The notes: generated by a model not told the origin, from the letters alone. 62,199 nucleotides of DNA, filler included, from Globobulimina sp. (GCA_003354225.1; 28 parts of 28 records of this genome joined end to end with filler, not necessarily neighbours in it); one strand, 5' to 3'. Counted from the first letter of the whole stretch, positions 36,360 to 49,593 are shown. Translations and numbers: made by a program.

Positions 36360-37601
36360 TTATAAAATAATACATAAATGGTACTGTACCATAGCAGACG
36401 CACATTTATTAAATCCATGTTTTTTATCAATATCATTATCATCACTAATATTTGAAGCATTATCACCTGCTCCAAATTCATCGCCATCATCATCCAAATT
36501 TTCATGCTCTGCCCTGTAATGCTCATTAATTCGAGAATCAGGTTTATAATTTTTCAATATTAACATTAAATGGTCGCAACAATCAGAATAATCCTGTTCT
36601 GAGACCAACATATCATCCAACTCTATCATAAAAAATAAAGCAACACAATTTAAGATCATATCCAAACCGGCATGCGAATAATCCAATGTTCCATCATCAT
36701 TTGCTTCACCTTTATTCGATACAAAAATGATAAAATATGATCCAAACACTGCAAAGAAGCACACGTAATAATTGATTGCTTGACCTATTTGTACCAACCA
36801 CAAAGAGATATTACTCACTCTTTTCATATGTTGCAAGGACAACGTATCCATCATTTCATATAACCCGTTATGTCTTATTCCATTCATCATAAATCCGATA
36901 AAAAATGTGATTGTTAAACTTAACAAAAATGATAAAATTTTTAACGAAAATACATCTGTCCATCGCTGTGCTTCCATAACACATAAAACATCAGACACTC
37001 CACCGGCAAAATAGCCAACCATCAATTTATAGACAACCACTGAGATTCCAAAAGTTTGCGTTAATCCAACAATAATCGCTGTAAATAACGTACGAGAGAA
37101 CATTGATAATGCAATAAATTGCGTATTTATACCAATTTTATTAAATGGTTTAAAGCCTGTAATTCTCCGTGATGCTTCATCATAATATCGGACTGCTAAC
37201 ACTTGATAGACATCGAATCCATTCGTATCTTTACAACATCGAATAGCATGTTTTAACACTAACTGCACTGCATCTTCATTATACTTTAGTTGTTCCACCA
37301 ATGATCGATCGGTTTCAAGTCTACGAATATTTAAATCATCAATTTCATGAACATCAATTTCATCAATTGCATCCATGCCACTTTTATTTGGAACAACGAG
37401 CTCTGCGGCCTCTGCGGTCTCTGCCATTTCAATTTGATTAATTGCAGAAAATGATGGTATTTTGGTGTGTCTGTGTCCTGCGCGACCGCGACCAGTGCTC
37501 TTTGCAACATTAGGCAGTGTTCTTTGTGAGAATGTATTCTCACTATTTCTAATATATTGTCTCCATTTATATATGTAATATATTATAAATATTAATATCA
37601 A
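36360..37601 (-). CDS. Multi-pass membrane protein with an LDMILNCVALFFMIELDD motif
   Basis: 413-aa ORF with several TM segments; the start codon is uncertain. Confidence 0.65.
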   Translation of the reverse strand: MILIFIIYYIYKWRQYIRNSENTFSQRTLPNVAKSTGRGRAGHRHTKIPSFSAINQIEMAETAEAAELVVPNKSGMDAIDEIDVHEIDDLNIRRLETDRSLVEQLKYNEDAVQLVLKHAIRCCKDTNGFDVYQVLAVRYYDEASRRITGFKPFNKIGINTQFIALSMFSRTLFTAIIVGLTQTFGISVVVYKLMVGYFAGGVSDVLCVMEAQRWTDVFSLKILSFLLSLTITFFIGFMMNGIRHNGLYEMMDTLSLQHMKRVSNISLWLVQIGQAINYYVCFFAVFGSYFIIFVSNKGEANDDGTLDYSHAGLDMILNCVALFFMIELDDMLVSEQDYSDCCDHLMLILKNYKPDSRINEHYRAEHENLDDDGDEFGAGDNASNISDDNDIDKKHGFNKCASAMVQYHLCIIL

Positions 37602-37632
37602 ACCAATACACGTTCCAAACAGCGTTTATATT

Positions 37633-37703
37633 GGAACCAGATATCTGGTTCCGGGAACCAGATTTTATATGTAGGAACCATGGGGAACCAAGCATTGGAA
37701 CCA
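37633..37703. repeat. Cluster of six GGAACCA motifs including a perfect 20-bp palindrome
   Basis: ggaaccagatatctggttcc at 37633-37652, with further GGAACCA at 37654, 37674, 37684 and 37697. Confidence 0.8.
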
Positions 37704-37838
37704 GTGTGTTTTGACTGAGCAAAAAGCGTTTTTCATTTNNNNNNNNNNNNNNNNNNNNNNNNNNNNNNNNNNNNNNNNNNNNTTAATTAATTAANNNNNN
37801 NNNNNNNNNNNNNNNNNNNNNNNNNNNNNNNNNNNNNN

Positions 37839-39659
37839 TTCACCAACAACATTTCTCATCGTTTGCAGCATTCTTTCCTTATATTGAGGGACATATTTAT
37901 ATACAGATCCATCAATACCAACATTAACATATTCATATCCATTACCATCCTCTTTATATTCGTCCAGCAGCACAAATCGATCAACTTCGTCATTCCCAGA
38001 TCCATTTCCATTGTCATCACAAATATATAACCCGGTCCTCTCCAATGCGCCCAACAACAATGTCGCTGCCAAATCAGCGCTGCGATTTGCAATCAACACA
38101 CATATTTTACCAAATATCTCCGCATCTGATAAATTTAACTCCGTCAATCCACATTTATCACATTGCAAAATATCTAAAATGCCTTGCATATTATCCTCAT
38201 AATAATGACCTAACACTGCACTTACACTCTCAGATTCAAATTGCCATCGAAAATTAAAACATGTATTCTCGCCATAATTACTTATCTTATCTCCGAATAC
38301 TTCAATACTTAATGGAAAGTGTACATGTTTCTTGTATATAATTATGAATATTGCTAATAAATAATTGGCAAAATCCTATAATGCAGATCAATAGGCATCA
38401 TATTTTGCAAATTGTTTATACGAACATTACTATGTAATACAGTTTGCATATAAATGTACTGCAATTTTATCTCATATACAAGATACAAGACACAATCAAT
38501 CAAATCCAGGACTACCTCAATAATCTGACCAACTCTCCCAAATAATATCCAGACATCATCTTTTCGCAATATTGTACACCTGGATTTGCTGTGTATTCAT
38601 CCAAAACAAAATCAATAGACCGTCGTGGCAATAATTTGTCAAAATTGCCCCATTCAATATTAATAATCTGGCCACCGCCAATATTATCTGGTTGAATATA
38701 GGCTGCGTTGCTCCCAGTACCCAGTATCAAGGCAGCACGCACATTGTCAGTATCATAGGCACACGCTAATAATGTACCAACTGAATCATTACACACCGCA
38801 TGGATCTCTGCATTTATCTTGAGCTTATTAAATGATGTATGCATTAATTTTACCACATCCTGCCCCACAACGCCAGGCACATCAAATCCTTTGGTCCATT
38901 CTATCAATGTACCTATACAAAGTGCAACAAATTAACATAAAACACAGATTATTCTACAACAAATGCACTGCATTGATCAAAAAGCATTTATCCATTATAT
39001 AATTATTATAATGAAATAAATTACGAAAAAAATGGAAGTTGGTTTTATAATATTTTAAAAGTGCTCTGACGATCATTTTTTTCGTGTAAGTTATAATTAT
39101 TCCATATAAGTTATAAGTGCTTAAAAACAGAAGAAAAACCTTGATTCAGTGCAGATTGAACCATAGGGAAAGAAAATGTGAATCCTATGCCATATTTGGT
39201 ATTGCTATCAACACCGTCAGCAAGCAATTTGTCACTTAAATGTTGAGCTAAGTGATTAAATAATTCCTCTGAACTCGCACATTTCTGATACTTGGCTTGA
39301 ATCGATGTCTTAAATTCTGATGTCTTTGGTGTTGAACCCTTTTCACCGCTAAATTCGATGCGTAATACGCGATAATTAGAACCACCCCAATCCAGTGTAT
39401 AAAATACACCTTTTTCGGTGCCGTTTGGTATTGAGCGTATATGTGATGATAACATTTTTAATGATGATTTTTTCTCACTTTCATGTAAATAATCGTCTTC
39501 GCTTAAACCAACTGCCATTTCTTTCACAAAAGCTTTCCGTATTTTTCTTGATGATGTGACTGATGTTTGATAATCGCATTCAATTTGTGAAAACTGTTTG
39601 GAGGATACTGTGTATTCATTGTTGTGATGTTTTGGTACAATTGAAGCGACACAACCCAT
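37839..39659 (-). CDS. Hexokinase; exons 39659-39140, 38912-38516, 38307-37839; 3' partial
   Basis: Motifs LDWGGSNYRV, GFTFSFP, WTKGF, NDSVGTL, ILGTGSNAAY, INIEWGNF, EKMMSGYYLGE and GIDGSVY. GT-AG introns restore the frame. Confidence 0.95.
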
Positions 39660-40222
39660 GTTGTAAAAAACAACAAAAAAACTTAATCTTACTCCACTAA
39701 AAAACAACAAATCTTACTCTTTTGTATACATATCGATCAATATAAAATTTGCATTGGGTTTGCATTCACTTTTCAAACACATGGCAGGCGGGGTAGGTTA
39801 TATATTTTAAAACTCATTGTAAAGTTTTTTTACTCTCACTACTCGTCATTAGGGTTTTTGCTTTTAGTTCATTTCTTCAATGAACGCTTTGATAATTGAA
39901 GAAAAAAAAACTTTTGTCATTTAGAAACATAACATTTTGCTTTCGTCATGGCACTCAGCGAATNNNNNNNNNNNNNNNNNNNNNNNNNNNNNNNNNNNNN
40001 NNNNNNNTTAATTAATTAANNNNNNNNNNNNNNNNNNNNNNNNNNNNNNNNNNNNNNNNNNNNCAGACTTGTGTTCTTGTTTAACTTCATTTTCATCTGT
40101 GTTAATCTCCTCATTTTCTTTCTTTTGGTCTTTCTTTTTGAAAATGACTGATAATGCCATGAATAATTTACTTAAAAACAAAAACTTTCTTGTAAATTAA
40201 ATTTAACTTTCCCAAGTCGAAC

Positions 40223-41914
40223 ATGTTAACGTTCTCTGATACTGATAATGAACCAATGACATCAGCGTCACCACCGCCCAACGACCAACCTGAGGCAGTA
40301 TCATCAATCGCATGGTCCAAAAGAATTTTGTTATCATTACTGTCGTTATTATTAATTGTAAGCGTTGCAATTGAAATGATTGGATTCAAGAGCACTGCCA
40401 CTGCTTTCCCATTCAGCGTATGTTTTTTTATAATTTATACCTTGTGCTTTGCTCAAACATTAGAAACAATACATTTCCATCAGGCGTGCTTTATCATCTG
40501 TTTATTTTGCTTATTTCACTCATTATTTTGGTTTTTAATCTGCATTTATAAAATCTACATTGTGCACACTTATAATCCATCCATATTACGATTACATCCA
40601 TCTGCACGCCGTAAATATATTATTTTAGGCATATTACGTTCATTATCCATCTCCGTGATATTTGTCACAATATCTCGCGATATCCCTGGTTCATTATTGC
40701 TGATATTATTGCAATTCCCCACACCTCTCTCCATTATAATATCCAGATTCATCTCATCCATATCCAACAACATTAAACCACTCTCATTCGGACATTGGAC
40801 CGCTATCATATTGATATTCATCGGTGTCATATTTGGATTTATCTCCTCCTTTTTTGGCAATTTAGGCACAAATTATATCGATTATAAGCATGAACACAAC
40901 GATAATATAAATGCTTGGTGGTACACACCCATTGCCATTGTGGCCTGTGTGCCGCAGGCAATGTCCATATTATATTTGGAAATCAATGTAAATAACAATA
41001 ACAACGATGCAATGTGCATAACAAATGCATGCGTATCATTGGTGCAATGTTTATTTACCTTTCTATTGTCACCGATTTTAATTTATTTAAGTGATCCACA
41101 AATATTATTTGCAAACGACTGGTATTTATTTTTTAAAAACGCTTTTTTATGTTTATTTAGTTCGAATACAGAGAGTGACGCCTCATTGTATTGTCCCAAT
41201 GGCACTCTACAGACAAGCATACAATTTGTAAGTTGGTTATTTGCCTCCATTTCTGTGTTATTATTGACGAATTATATAAATGTAAACATATCGCCATTGC
41301 TCTCACGCTTTTGCATCTTATTTGGTTTATTATTGGCTTTCAGTGGCTTTCAAACCGGTTTCCCGTCGTTTGTGATTGCAGACGGCAGCGATGCATTTGA
41401 TGAATGTTTATTGCTGGGCATTTTGTGCAGTTTTGTGGGTTCTATCATGTTATTAATTGATTTCAATCCAACGCGGCCGAATACATTATTGGATTCAGAG
41501 TCGATACAGTTTGACGAATTTAGCAGTTCAAAGCGGAAAACAATTAAATCACAATTGTTAACATTAAAAAAACAGCATGATGCTATTAATGTGAATATGG
41601 AGTTTGGAGCGGAAACTGAAACAAATACAAATGATTATGTTTTTTATTTGTTAATGCAGCAACAAAAAGAAATCATTCAGGAAGAATATCAAATAAAATT
41701 AAAAGAATATGAAGAGGCTGAAAAACAAAGATCGCAATCATTCCATTCGGAATTTTATAATTATGCACAAAACACATCAACCACAACATGCATGAAAACA
41801 AGTAAAACAAAGAAGAAGAAGAGAAAAAAGAAAAAAAAGAAAAAAAAATATTATATGGATGAGCAACAAATGAAGGAATATTATAAACTGATACAACAAC
41901 AAAATATTATTTAA
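40223..41914 (+). CDS. CRT-like (DMT superfamily) transporter
   Basis: About 10 TM segments with IPGSLLLILLQ..PLSII, ACVPQAMS..Y.E, SLVQ..F..LL.P and a Cys-containing loop (FLCLF...C). Confidence 0.65.
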   Translation: MLTFSDTDNEPMTSASPPPNDQPEAVSSIAWSKRILLSLLSLLLIVSVAIEMIGFKSTATAFPFSVCFFIIYTLCFAQTLETIHFHQACFIICLFCLFHSLFWFLICIYKIYIVHTYNPSILRLHPSARRKYIILGILRSLSISVIFVTISRDIPGSLLLILLQFPTPLSIIISRFISSISNNIKPLSFGHWTAIILIFIGVIFGFISSFFGNLGTNYIDYKHEHNDNINAWWYTPIAIVACVPQAMSILYLEINVNNNNNDAMCITNACVSLVQCLFTFLLSPILIYLSDPQILFANDWYLFFKNAFLCLFSSNTESDASLYCPNGTLQTSIQFVSWLFASISVLLLTNYINVNISPLLSRFCILFGLLLAFSGFQTGFPSFVIADGSDAFDECLLLGILCSFVGSIMLLIDFNPTRPNTLLDSESIQFDEFSSSKRKTIKSQLLTLKKQHDAINVNMEFGAETETNTNDYVFYLLMQQQKEIIQEEYQIKLKEYEEAEKQRSQSFHSEFYNYAQNTSTTTCMKTSKTKKKKRKKKKKKKKYYMDEQQMKEYYKLIQQQNII

Positions 41915-42446
41915 ATTTGTCTATTGTGACTTGTGAGTGATCGTGTGATACTTTTCGGAATTGTTTTAAGTAAATTTACATCTATTATTCATCGTTGCTG
42001 TTGAGACGGACTAAAAAGGAAAAAAAAACTTTTTCTAACAACTAGCAAGATTGCGAATCCTTGTTGGCAGACCGAAACCTATTCAACATATACTGTATAA
42101 CGTAGTGAATTTATGACGCCTGTATTCAATGTGACTATGTCAGGAATAATGGCATATAATATAATGGAATATAATGCAGTGTGACAANNNNNNNNNNNNN
42201 NNNNNNNNNNNNNNNNNNNNNNNNNNNNNNNTTAATTAATTAANNNNNNNNNNNNNNNNNNNNNNNNNNNNNNNNNNNNNNNNNNNNATCTTCGAGTTTC
42301 CAATCTAAATGATATGACAGTATACTATTGTATCAGTGTAAACTTATGCTTACAATGCAAACAACAAAAAAAATACACAAAAAGAATAAAATTAAACAGA
42401 TAAACAAAATAAATAATGATATGATTTGTAGTCGGTCAGTATATAT

Positions 42447-44411
42447 TTATACACTGATCCCATCATCATTCCATTCCCATCCTGTTGTGGTTTTATTGCC
42501 ATCACCATCTTTTTCTGGTGTCTTCATCTCTGGCTTTGCAGCTGTCACATCGATCTGTGGCGTAGGAGTAGCACTGGGTGTTAAGCTCACAATGTTAGGA
42601 TTAAATGTATGTGAATAGGTTCCTAATGGCTGATGTTTCGGTACTTGAATATGTGGCATTGCTGCAGATACAGCCGCCGATACTAAATCTTCTCCTTTCC
42701 CGCTGAAGGTAGTACAATCAGTAAATAATGGAATTTGTAAACGATATTTATATTAAATTTGTGTTGTACATAGTATTCAGAAACAGCAACAAATAATACG
42801 TATTATAGAAACATTGGTTGCTGTTTCTGAATATTATATATGTTATAAATTCCATTATTAATTTCATATTTACCCTAATTCGACTTCGATATCATTTGGA
42901 TGCATTTTTCTTTTTTTATAAAATATCCAACATAATAAAGCTAAAACAACCACAAATAATACAATCAATACAATAGTGATCCAAAACCATGTTTGAACAT
43001 AAATATATTCTGTTTTTTCAATGTATCGGTCTGACACTGTATTCCCACTCGGCGACAATGTGCGTGCCCTATCACATAATATATGAAATTCGTATGTCGA
43101 TTGACTTATTCCTGTTTGGGTATCGCTATCGATCCAGATCTGCGACAATGGCACAAAATGAGCACCAGACTGTGTATTATATAATTTATAATAATCATCC
43201 TCTGCACTATGTATTGATATGATCCATTCCCTATTCCCATTAAAGTACACAATGCCAGTGTACCCATCGTCACATCCTTCACTATAATCATCAATATTAT
43301 TGTCACAATCTATTGTCCAATATGGATACGCCGAGTACATTACACCTTAATTGTATCAACATCAAAATGACGACATGGTCTCAGTGAAAGTTTTCCAGTA
43401 CTTACCTTGTAAAATGAATGGCGACTCGAAGATTTTCGTAACGACTGCATCCCCGAACCCATCCGGGACCACAATCTGCAACGCATCACATGTTTGCGTG
43501 GGATGTAAAGTGGGTGACACAGTTGGTGTCATTACCGGTGTGCCGGTTGGTTGTATTGTGGTGGGAATGAATCCAGGATCCAAAGTCGGTGTAGGTGTCG
43601 GTGCCATTATCGGTGGATATGTCGGGGAATTTGTGGGCCAATCTGATATTACACCGGTTATGTAAAACTCCATACGATTTGAATCATCATTGGTGTCATT
43701 AAAATATAACCATTCGTCAAATGGGGGATTGCCTCCATATCTCCCCGACGCATACATGGTAATTGGATTTGTGCTGATTGCTATATGAATTTCCCAGCCA
43801 TTTTCGACTGAATATTGCAAGGTTGAAAAGTATATTGAACTGCCAAGATATTTAAAATAAGCTCGCTCATTATATATGGAGACGTTGTGGAAAAACCAAT
43901 TTTCAAATAGTGGATTGTTAACGGCTGCTCTGTCTCGGATAAAAACTCCAAAATAATTCCTTGTCGGAGCTGATGACTGTCGTTTTTGTTGTGTGTATAC
44001 AATGTATTTGTTAATTTTTATCAAATTTGTTGAGAAAATAGTGAGAACTGACTTTTTATTCACTTTTTTTTATAAAAAAGTTGATAAAATTTTTTAAATA
44101 TACTGTTTTTACACTGAACTGGAGCAGATGAAGGACTTTTTGTCGGTGCCGGAGTCGGTGAATATGATATGCTACAATCAATGTTTACGACTGCTGTGAT
44201 TTTCTGTGTATTATAATGATTCCATGCATGAGTACCAATGGGTGGATAATTATCGACGTCGTTCTTTGATATAAATGTTAATGTTCCCTTATTAATACCA
44301 GATATCACCCAATATGATCCTACATATTTTATCCACGCACTGTAACTATTCACATTTGCGCTCAATTCATTATATCCAATCCAATCATCATAGCCATACG
44401 ATTGTGATCCA
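42447..44411 (-). CDS. Multi-exon type I membrane protein with PT-rich repeats; 5' partial
   Basis: PTxxPT tracts, a TM helix WFWITIVLIVLFVVVLALLCWIF followed by KKRK, and GT-AG introns linking the ORF pieces. Confidence 0.7.
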
Positions 44412-44511
44412 NNNNNNNNNNNNNNNNNNNNNNNNNNNNNNNNNNNNNNNNNNNNTTAATTAATTAANNNNNNNNNNNNNNNNNNNNNNNNNNNNNNNNN
44501 NNNNNNNNNNN

Positions 44512-45709
44512 AGTAGTGGTGATATTGTTGTAATACGTAACAGTTTTGAAAAGTTTGTAAATCCAATTTCTTGATACAATGCTCGTGCACATAACTCATA
44601 TTTTGTTGCTGCTAACAATCCTTTGACAATCACATCACTTTTATCTCCATCCACTTCCATCACTTTTGACTCTGAAATATTATAATTATCCATTTTCTTC
44701 TCGTCTTCGTCTTCCACCACCAAATTGTACTTAATTTCATATTTCTTCACTTTCAGCTTATTCTCTCTGTTTTTAATGGTTATGTTACATTGATTTGCTT
44801 CGACATTCACCACAGAAATTATTGGCGGTTTGATGCATCCAACAACAAATCCAAACTCTTTTATGTCATTTAATAAAATATTGTATTCTTCGTCAGCTTC
44901 AAAGAAAATCTTATCAGAAACCATTGGATGAATAATATCATATTTTAATTTGCCGTCAATGGCTTTGTTAATATCATTTATATTCTTTTCAGTCCGTTGC
45001 TGGTCTCTTAATGATTCATTTTCCAATGTTGCCTCATATTCCTTTTTTGCCTTTTATTTATTTATCACATTTATTTGTCACAGAATATTAATAGAATATA
45101 ATTATTATTGTAATACACTGTGGACATAACTGATTGCAATGCATTTCTGTATTTTATTAATTTATTCAATTGTTGCTTGAATACAATTTCTTTTCCTTTT
45201 GAAATATCATTTGTTTCTTTTATTAATTCACTTTTCCTATTTTCTAAATCTTTATATAACAAATTAAATGTTGTATTGATTGATTTTAAGGTATTTTCTC
45301 GATTTAATTCTAAATTATTCATTGCTGTCTCAATATTATTACTTCCATCTGATATATCTTTATATGCTTTGCATAATTTATCAAATGCTTCACTTTCTTG
45401 CGGTGTTACGTAAATTTTCACATATTTTCTATTTTTGTTTTCTGTGAAGATGGTGGATTTTTGTTCCTTTGTTTTCAAATATTTAATAATTCTGCCAATA
45501 AATAATGATTTTATCTGTAAATCAGACAAAGTGTCTGCTAAATATTTTTCTGAAAATCCCATTATATCATCAATCGATACGTCCTCTTCTTTTAATTTTT
45601 GTTCCACTTCAATCACTTTTTCCGTTCGAGTGTTTAGACTCTTTGCCAAGAATATATGCAACGGATCTCCTTCTTGTTGAGTCTCGGTTGGATTTACTGA
45701 AAAGCTCAT
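44512..45709 (-). CDS. SAM-like + coiled-coil + fibronectin type III protein; 3' partial
   Basis: N-terminal SAM-like helices, then a coiled coil and an FN3 motif VKGLLAATKYELCARA. An intron lies at about 45053-45130. Confidence 0.65.
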
Positions 45710-46106
45710 TGGTATATTGGATATAGTGTATATTTGGGAGTTGAATATTGCTTATTTTAAAGACATTGACATTAAAAATGTAAAAACAAATAACTTCAAA
45801 AACAGTTTATTTGTCATGCAACCGTAAAATCAGTAAAGACGATGAAAATAGTAAAATGATACAATGAGACCATAAAAGACAGCATACATTCGCCACAAAT
45901 ATAAAGCGTTTATCCCCTACATTGCCCTACAATCTAGCTCTATGGATTTTATTATTTTTATGCTGGGTAAATATAAGCCAATGATTGCGTACATTTTCAA
46001 TGGTATATATATAAATATGTTACATTGTTTAACCGTATCAATAGTGATTGTGAAGTGGATCGCTGCTGTGATTGCGATGCAGAAAATCCCAAATATACAC
46101 TATAAT

Positions 46107-46635
46107 CTAGTCTGTAATAGAATATATATACTCATAGCATGATACAATTGTGATAGAATTAGAATGGTCAAACAATGTTAGTGCAATTTTATATTTAATA
46201 GTTTCATGTTTTGGAATATTTGTAAATACAATCTTTGTACATTCCCCATTATTTTTATCCAATACAATTTGTCTCTTTGCTAAATCCAATATAAATGTAA
46301 CAATATCACCAGTCGTACACTCGACAACATTCGCTCTGTCCACTGTCCCATCAATATACGTATAGCCACTGTTAAATAAAGAATATGAATGATGTGACTG
46401 GTAAAATGATTTGTTAATATCTTGATGATGTCTGTTATTTATTATTCCCAAACCCATCGCAGCGCCACCATCAAGAAAATTGAGTTGCAACGTTAACTTA
46501 ACAATTTTATTTTGATTTGATTCAATCCATTCTTTGCTATATATTGAATTATCCCATCCATTATCTCCAGAGTCATTTTTAGTGATTGTGTTATTATCGT
46601 ATCCAGAGAACACCAAACACTCTGGTCCATCATCA
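46107..46635 (-). CDS. SPRY/B30.2-like domain protein; 5' partial
   Basis: MGLGII...TGDIVTFILDL..RQI...NN...F.NI....YKIAL. Confidence 0.7.
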
Positions 46636-46849
46636 NNNNNNNNNNNNNNNNNNNNNNNNNNNNNNNNNNNNNNNNNNNNTTAATTAATTAANNNNNNNNN
46701 NNNNNNNNNNNNNNNNNNNNNNNNNNNNNNNNNNNTATCATTTTTTAACAATTTTTCCATCCTTTTACGCCTTCTAAGTATAGAATTATTGGCACCCATG
46801 TTAACATTAAAATAATCACTGAGACAAAAGCCAAAAACCTTTTGTTTAC

Positions 46850-48859
46850 ATGGCACATCAACAACAAGATACGTCAACATCATCCGTAGGATTTGAGAAC
46901 TCAGTACGACAAACATGGAGCGCAGGCAGTAAAGTCAAAATATTATCGTCCCAATCAAATGATTGGGTCATCGCACATATTGTTACAATACACAAAGACT
47001 GGTTATATTGTTTATTGGATGACGGCGATACCAAAAAAATCGACAGATGGGACGCCACCGTACAACCGGTTGGTACTAACGAGCTCGGCGACGGTGAAGA
47101 TGACGATGACTTAGTTAACTTTTTTCCTAATCCCTTTTGAATATATACACGCAAATTCGCAACAAAAACATGTACATCACGTTATAGTTTTGGATGAAGG
47201 ATGGTTTTGGAGCCACACCATCCGGAAACGACAATGACTTATCCGGTCAGTCCATGAGTTTAGGATTCAGCACATTGGCCAAGAACATCGGCACTGGCTT
47301 CAGTTCCTTGCAATCGCCGCGTGCCATTTCGGCAGAGAGAGAGTCCAAAAAATTAAAAAACGAACAACAGAACATGTGCGGCTATACCATTTGGGTGCAA
47401 TGGTGTGACAGTTCCGAATTGCATGGCTTTTATCGATGCGTCGGTTTGCGAAACAACAGATATCATTTCAGGCATCGCCGTGATTCGTTGGGCGAGCTAT
47501 TTGCCGACGACAAGGGATATTGGTACTTGATGTATGACAGTAAATGTCTCTACAAATCCAAGAAAAAGGGCCACGACGACCCACCGCCGAGACAATGGAA
47601 ATGCATCGAAGGCTCGTTACCGCCTCCCGGCGTTTCCCAAGTGGCCTTACCCGACGACAGCACCCCAATGGTCATTATCGACGAAGAGAAGAAAAAACAA
47701 TCCATGGAGAGAAGCTTTGGCGACGACGCCGACGATGACTCTGAAACAGGGAGCAATTACTCCGCCATATCGCGTGCGACCACAGTCAAGTACCATAGCA
47801 GTATGACTTCGGGTTTACAGGCTCCAAAAAGCTCCAAATCGCACAGTAAAAAGAAGTCCAAGTCGAAGAAATCCAAAAAATCCAAGAAAAACAAGTTAAA
47901 TCTGGCCAAGTTACTGATGGATGAGTTCGATGTGGCCATCGATGTGGTGGACTTCAATTTTGATGGCAGCAAACAAGTGGCTTTCCACCTCAATATAGCG
48001 CGCCATATGGAAGTGACCAAATGCAAACAAGGCGGTCAGGCCCAGACATTAGGCGTGTTGCAAGGCGACATATTGCTGAAAATCAACGACGAAGACATCA
48101 GTAAAAACTGGGAGAAGGCCACCAATTTATTGCGTTCCTACGTGAGCAACAAACAGCAGTTCACCATCACTTTCGTGCGCCGCAAAGTGGAGACTTTGAT
48201 GATTACGGTGGTGCGGGCCGGCAACAGTGAGTTTAATGGCAAGTATCAATTTTATAAACGCGACCCTGACGACGAGCAATGCCCTGTTTACGTGAAACGC
48301 GACGACGACTTTGATTTCGACGTAAAACAGGCGGACACCGACCCATTAAACAGCGACAGCGAATCTGTGCATATCATCCAACGCGTATACAGCAATCCGG
48401 ACAACTTTGAGGCGCTATGGGTGCTGAAGAACGGTAAGGATGAGCATTATTATATGTGTGTGACCAATGAGTACTTGCCACCGCAGCATGGATGGGAGTT
48501 AGTGCCGGAGAGTGCGGCTAGTTATCCTGCGCCGGGGCTGCAATTTACGTCCACAGCCTCCACATTTGACCATGTCAACCGATTGCGCGGCTATTCCAAC
48601 AATGAGGCGAAGGATGAGGAGAGCCACGAGGCGGGGAATAAAGCGATTGAACATCAGGTGCACGATGCGCTGAATATCAATAACCGGAACCGAACCAATA
48701 TCCATAGACACGAAAAGACGTTGACTCGCATGCGGGCCACCTTGGGCAATGCGGCGGAGTTCAACAATGCGGGGAAGAATGCCCAGCGATCCCGTACTGG
48801 CGGGGCCAGCGGGTTCATGCCGTCGCGACCGGGCCAGGCCTATGCCACGCAAAAAATGG
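46850..48859 (+). CDS. SH3/Tudor-like + PDZ protein with two unnamed PPxxxW modules; intron 47114-47187; 3' partial
   Basis: WSAGSKVKILS...W (SH3/Tudor-like). PDZ: VTKCKQGGQAQTLGVLQGDILLKIND. Two G.Y...W...Y...PP..W...P.P modules. Confidence 0.75.
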
Positions 48860-48959
48860 NNNNNNNNNNNNNNNNNNNNNNNNNNNNNNNNNNNNNNNNN
48901 NNNTTAATTAATTAANNNNNNNNNNNNNNNNNNNNNNNNNNNNNNNNNNNNNNNNNNNN

Positions 48960-49239
48960 TAAAAATTATTACTGTCCCTATGAAATCAATATAAATTATA
49001 ATCAAAGGAAAAAATTAATGAATTTAATGGTGAATAAAGAGAAATGGATCGAGAATGTTAATAATGCGCTGGAAATATCTGGATTTGAACAATTGTATTC
49101 CTTATTTGATCATTGTATTTTGGAAATGTACGATTTAATGTCTCACTCTTTTCAACGATTTAAAAAAACGCCGCAATTTGCAAAGTTGGATAAAAAAATA
49201 TTTTGTAAATCTTCATTTCCTGACACTTTTTTAAATTAA
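48960..49239 (+). CDS. RGS domain C-terminal part
   Basis: YEININYNQRKKL...LFD....EMYDLM..SFQRFKKT. Confidence 0.8.
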
Positions 49240-49541
49240 TTTCGTTTTTTTACAAAAATATTTACTGATATTATACGAAATGGTTTGGGTATTTTAAAAT
49301 TTAAGCGTTTTTTTTTCAATCTTTCTTATTTTGTTCAGTTTGTATAAACTTTTTTTTTTGACCTTTTTTTTTTGTCATTTTTTACCTTTAATGTAATGAT
49401 TTGTGTCTTTAATCTTCTTCTTTTTTTGTTTTTTCTTGTTAACATGTTTTATTGTGATCGTTAATTATTTTTTTAAGATTATTTTACTTTTAAAATATAA
49501 ATATATTTCTCTTTCAGCACTGTAGAGTCGGGATTGATCGA

Positions 49542-49593
49542 TGGAATGTTGGTAAATGGTCCAATTTTAAGTACGTCATTTACCAACATTCCA
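49542..49593. repeat. 17-bp perfect inverted repeat with an 18-nt spacer; member of a dispersed repeat
   Basis: tggaatgttggtaaatg / catttaccaacattcca, with a related copy at 59831-59865. Confidence 0.8.
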
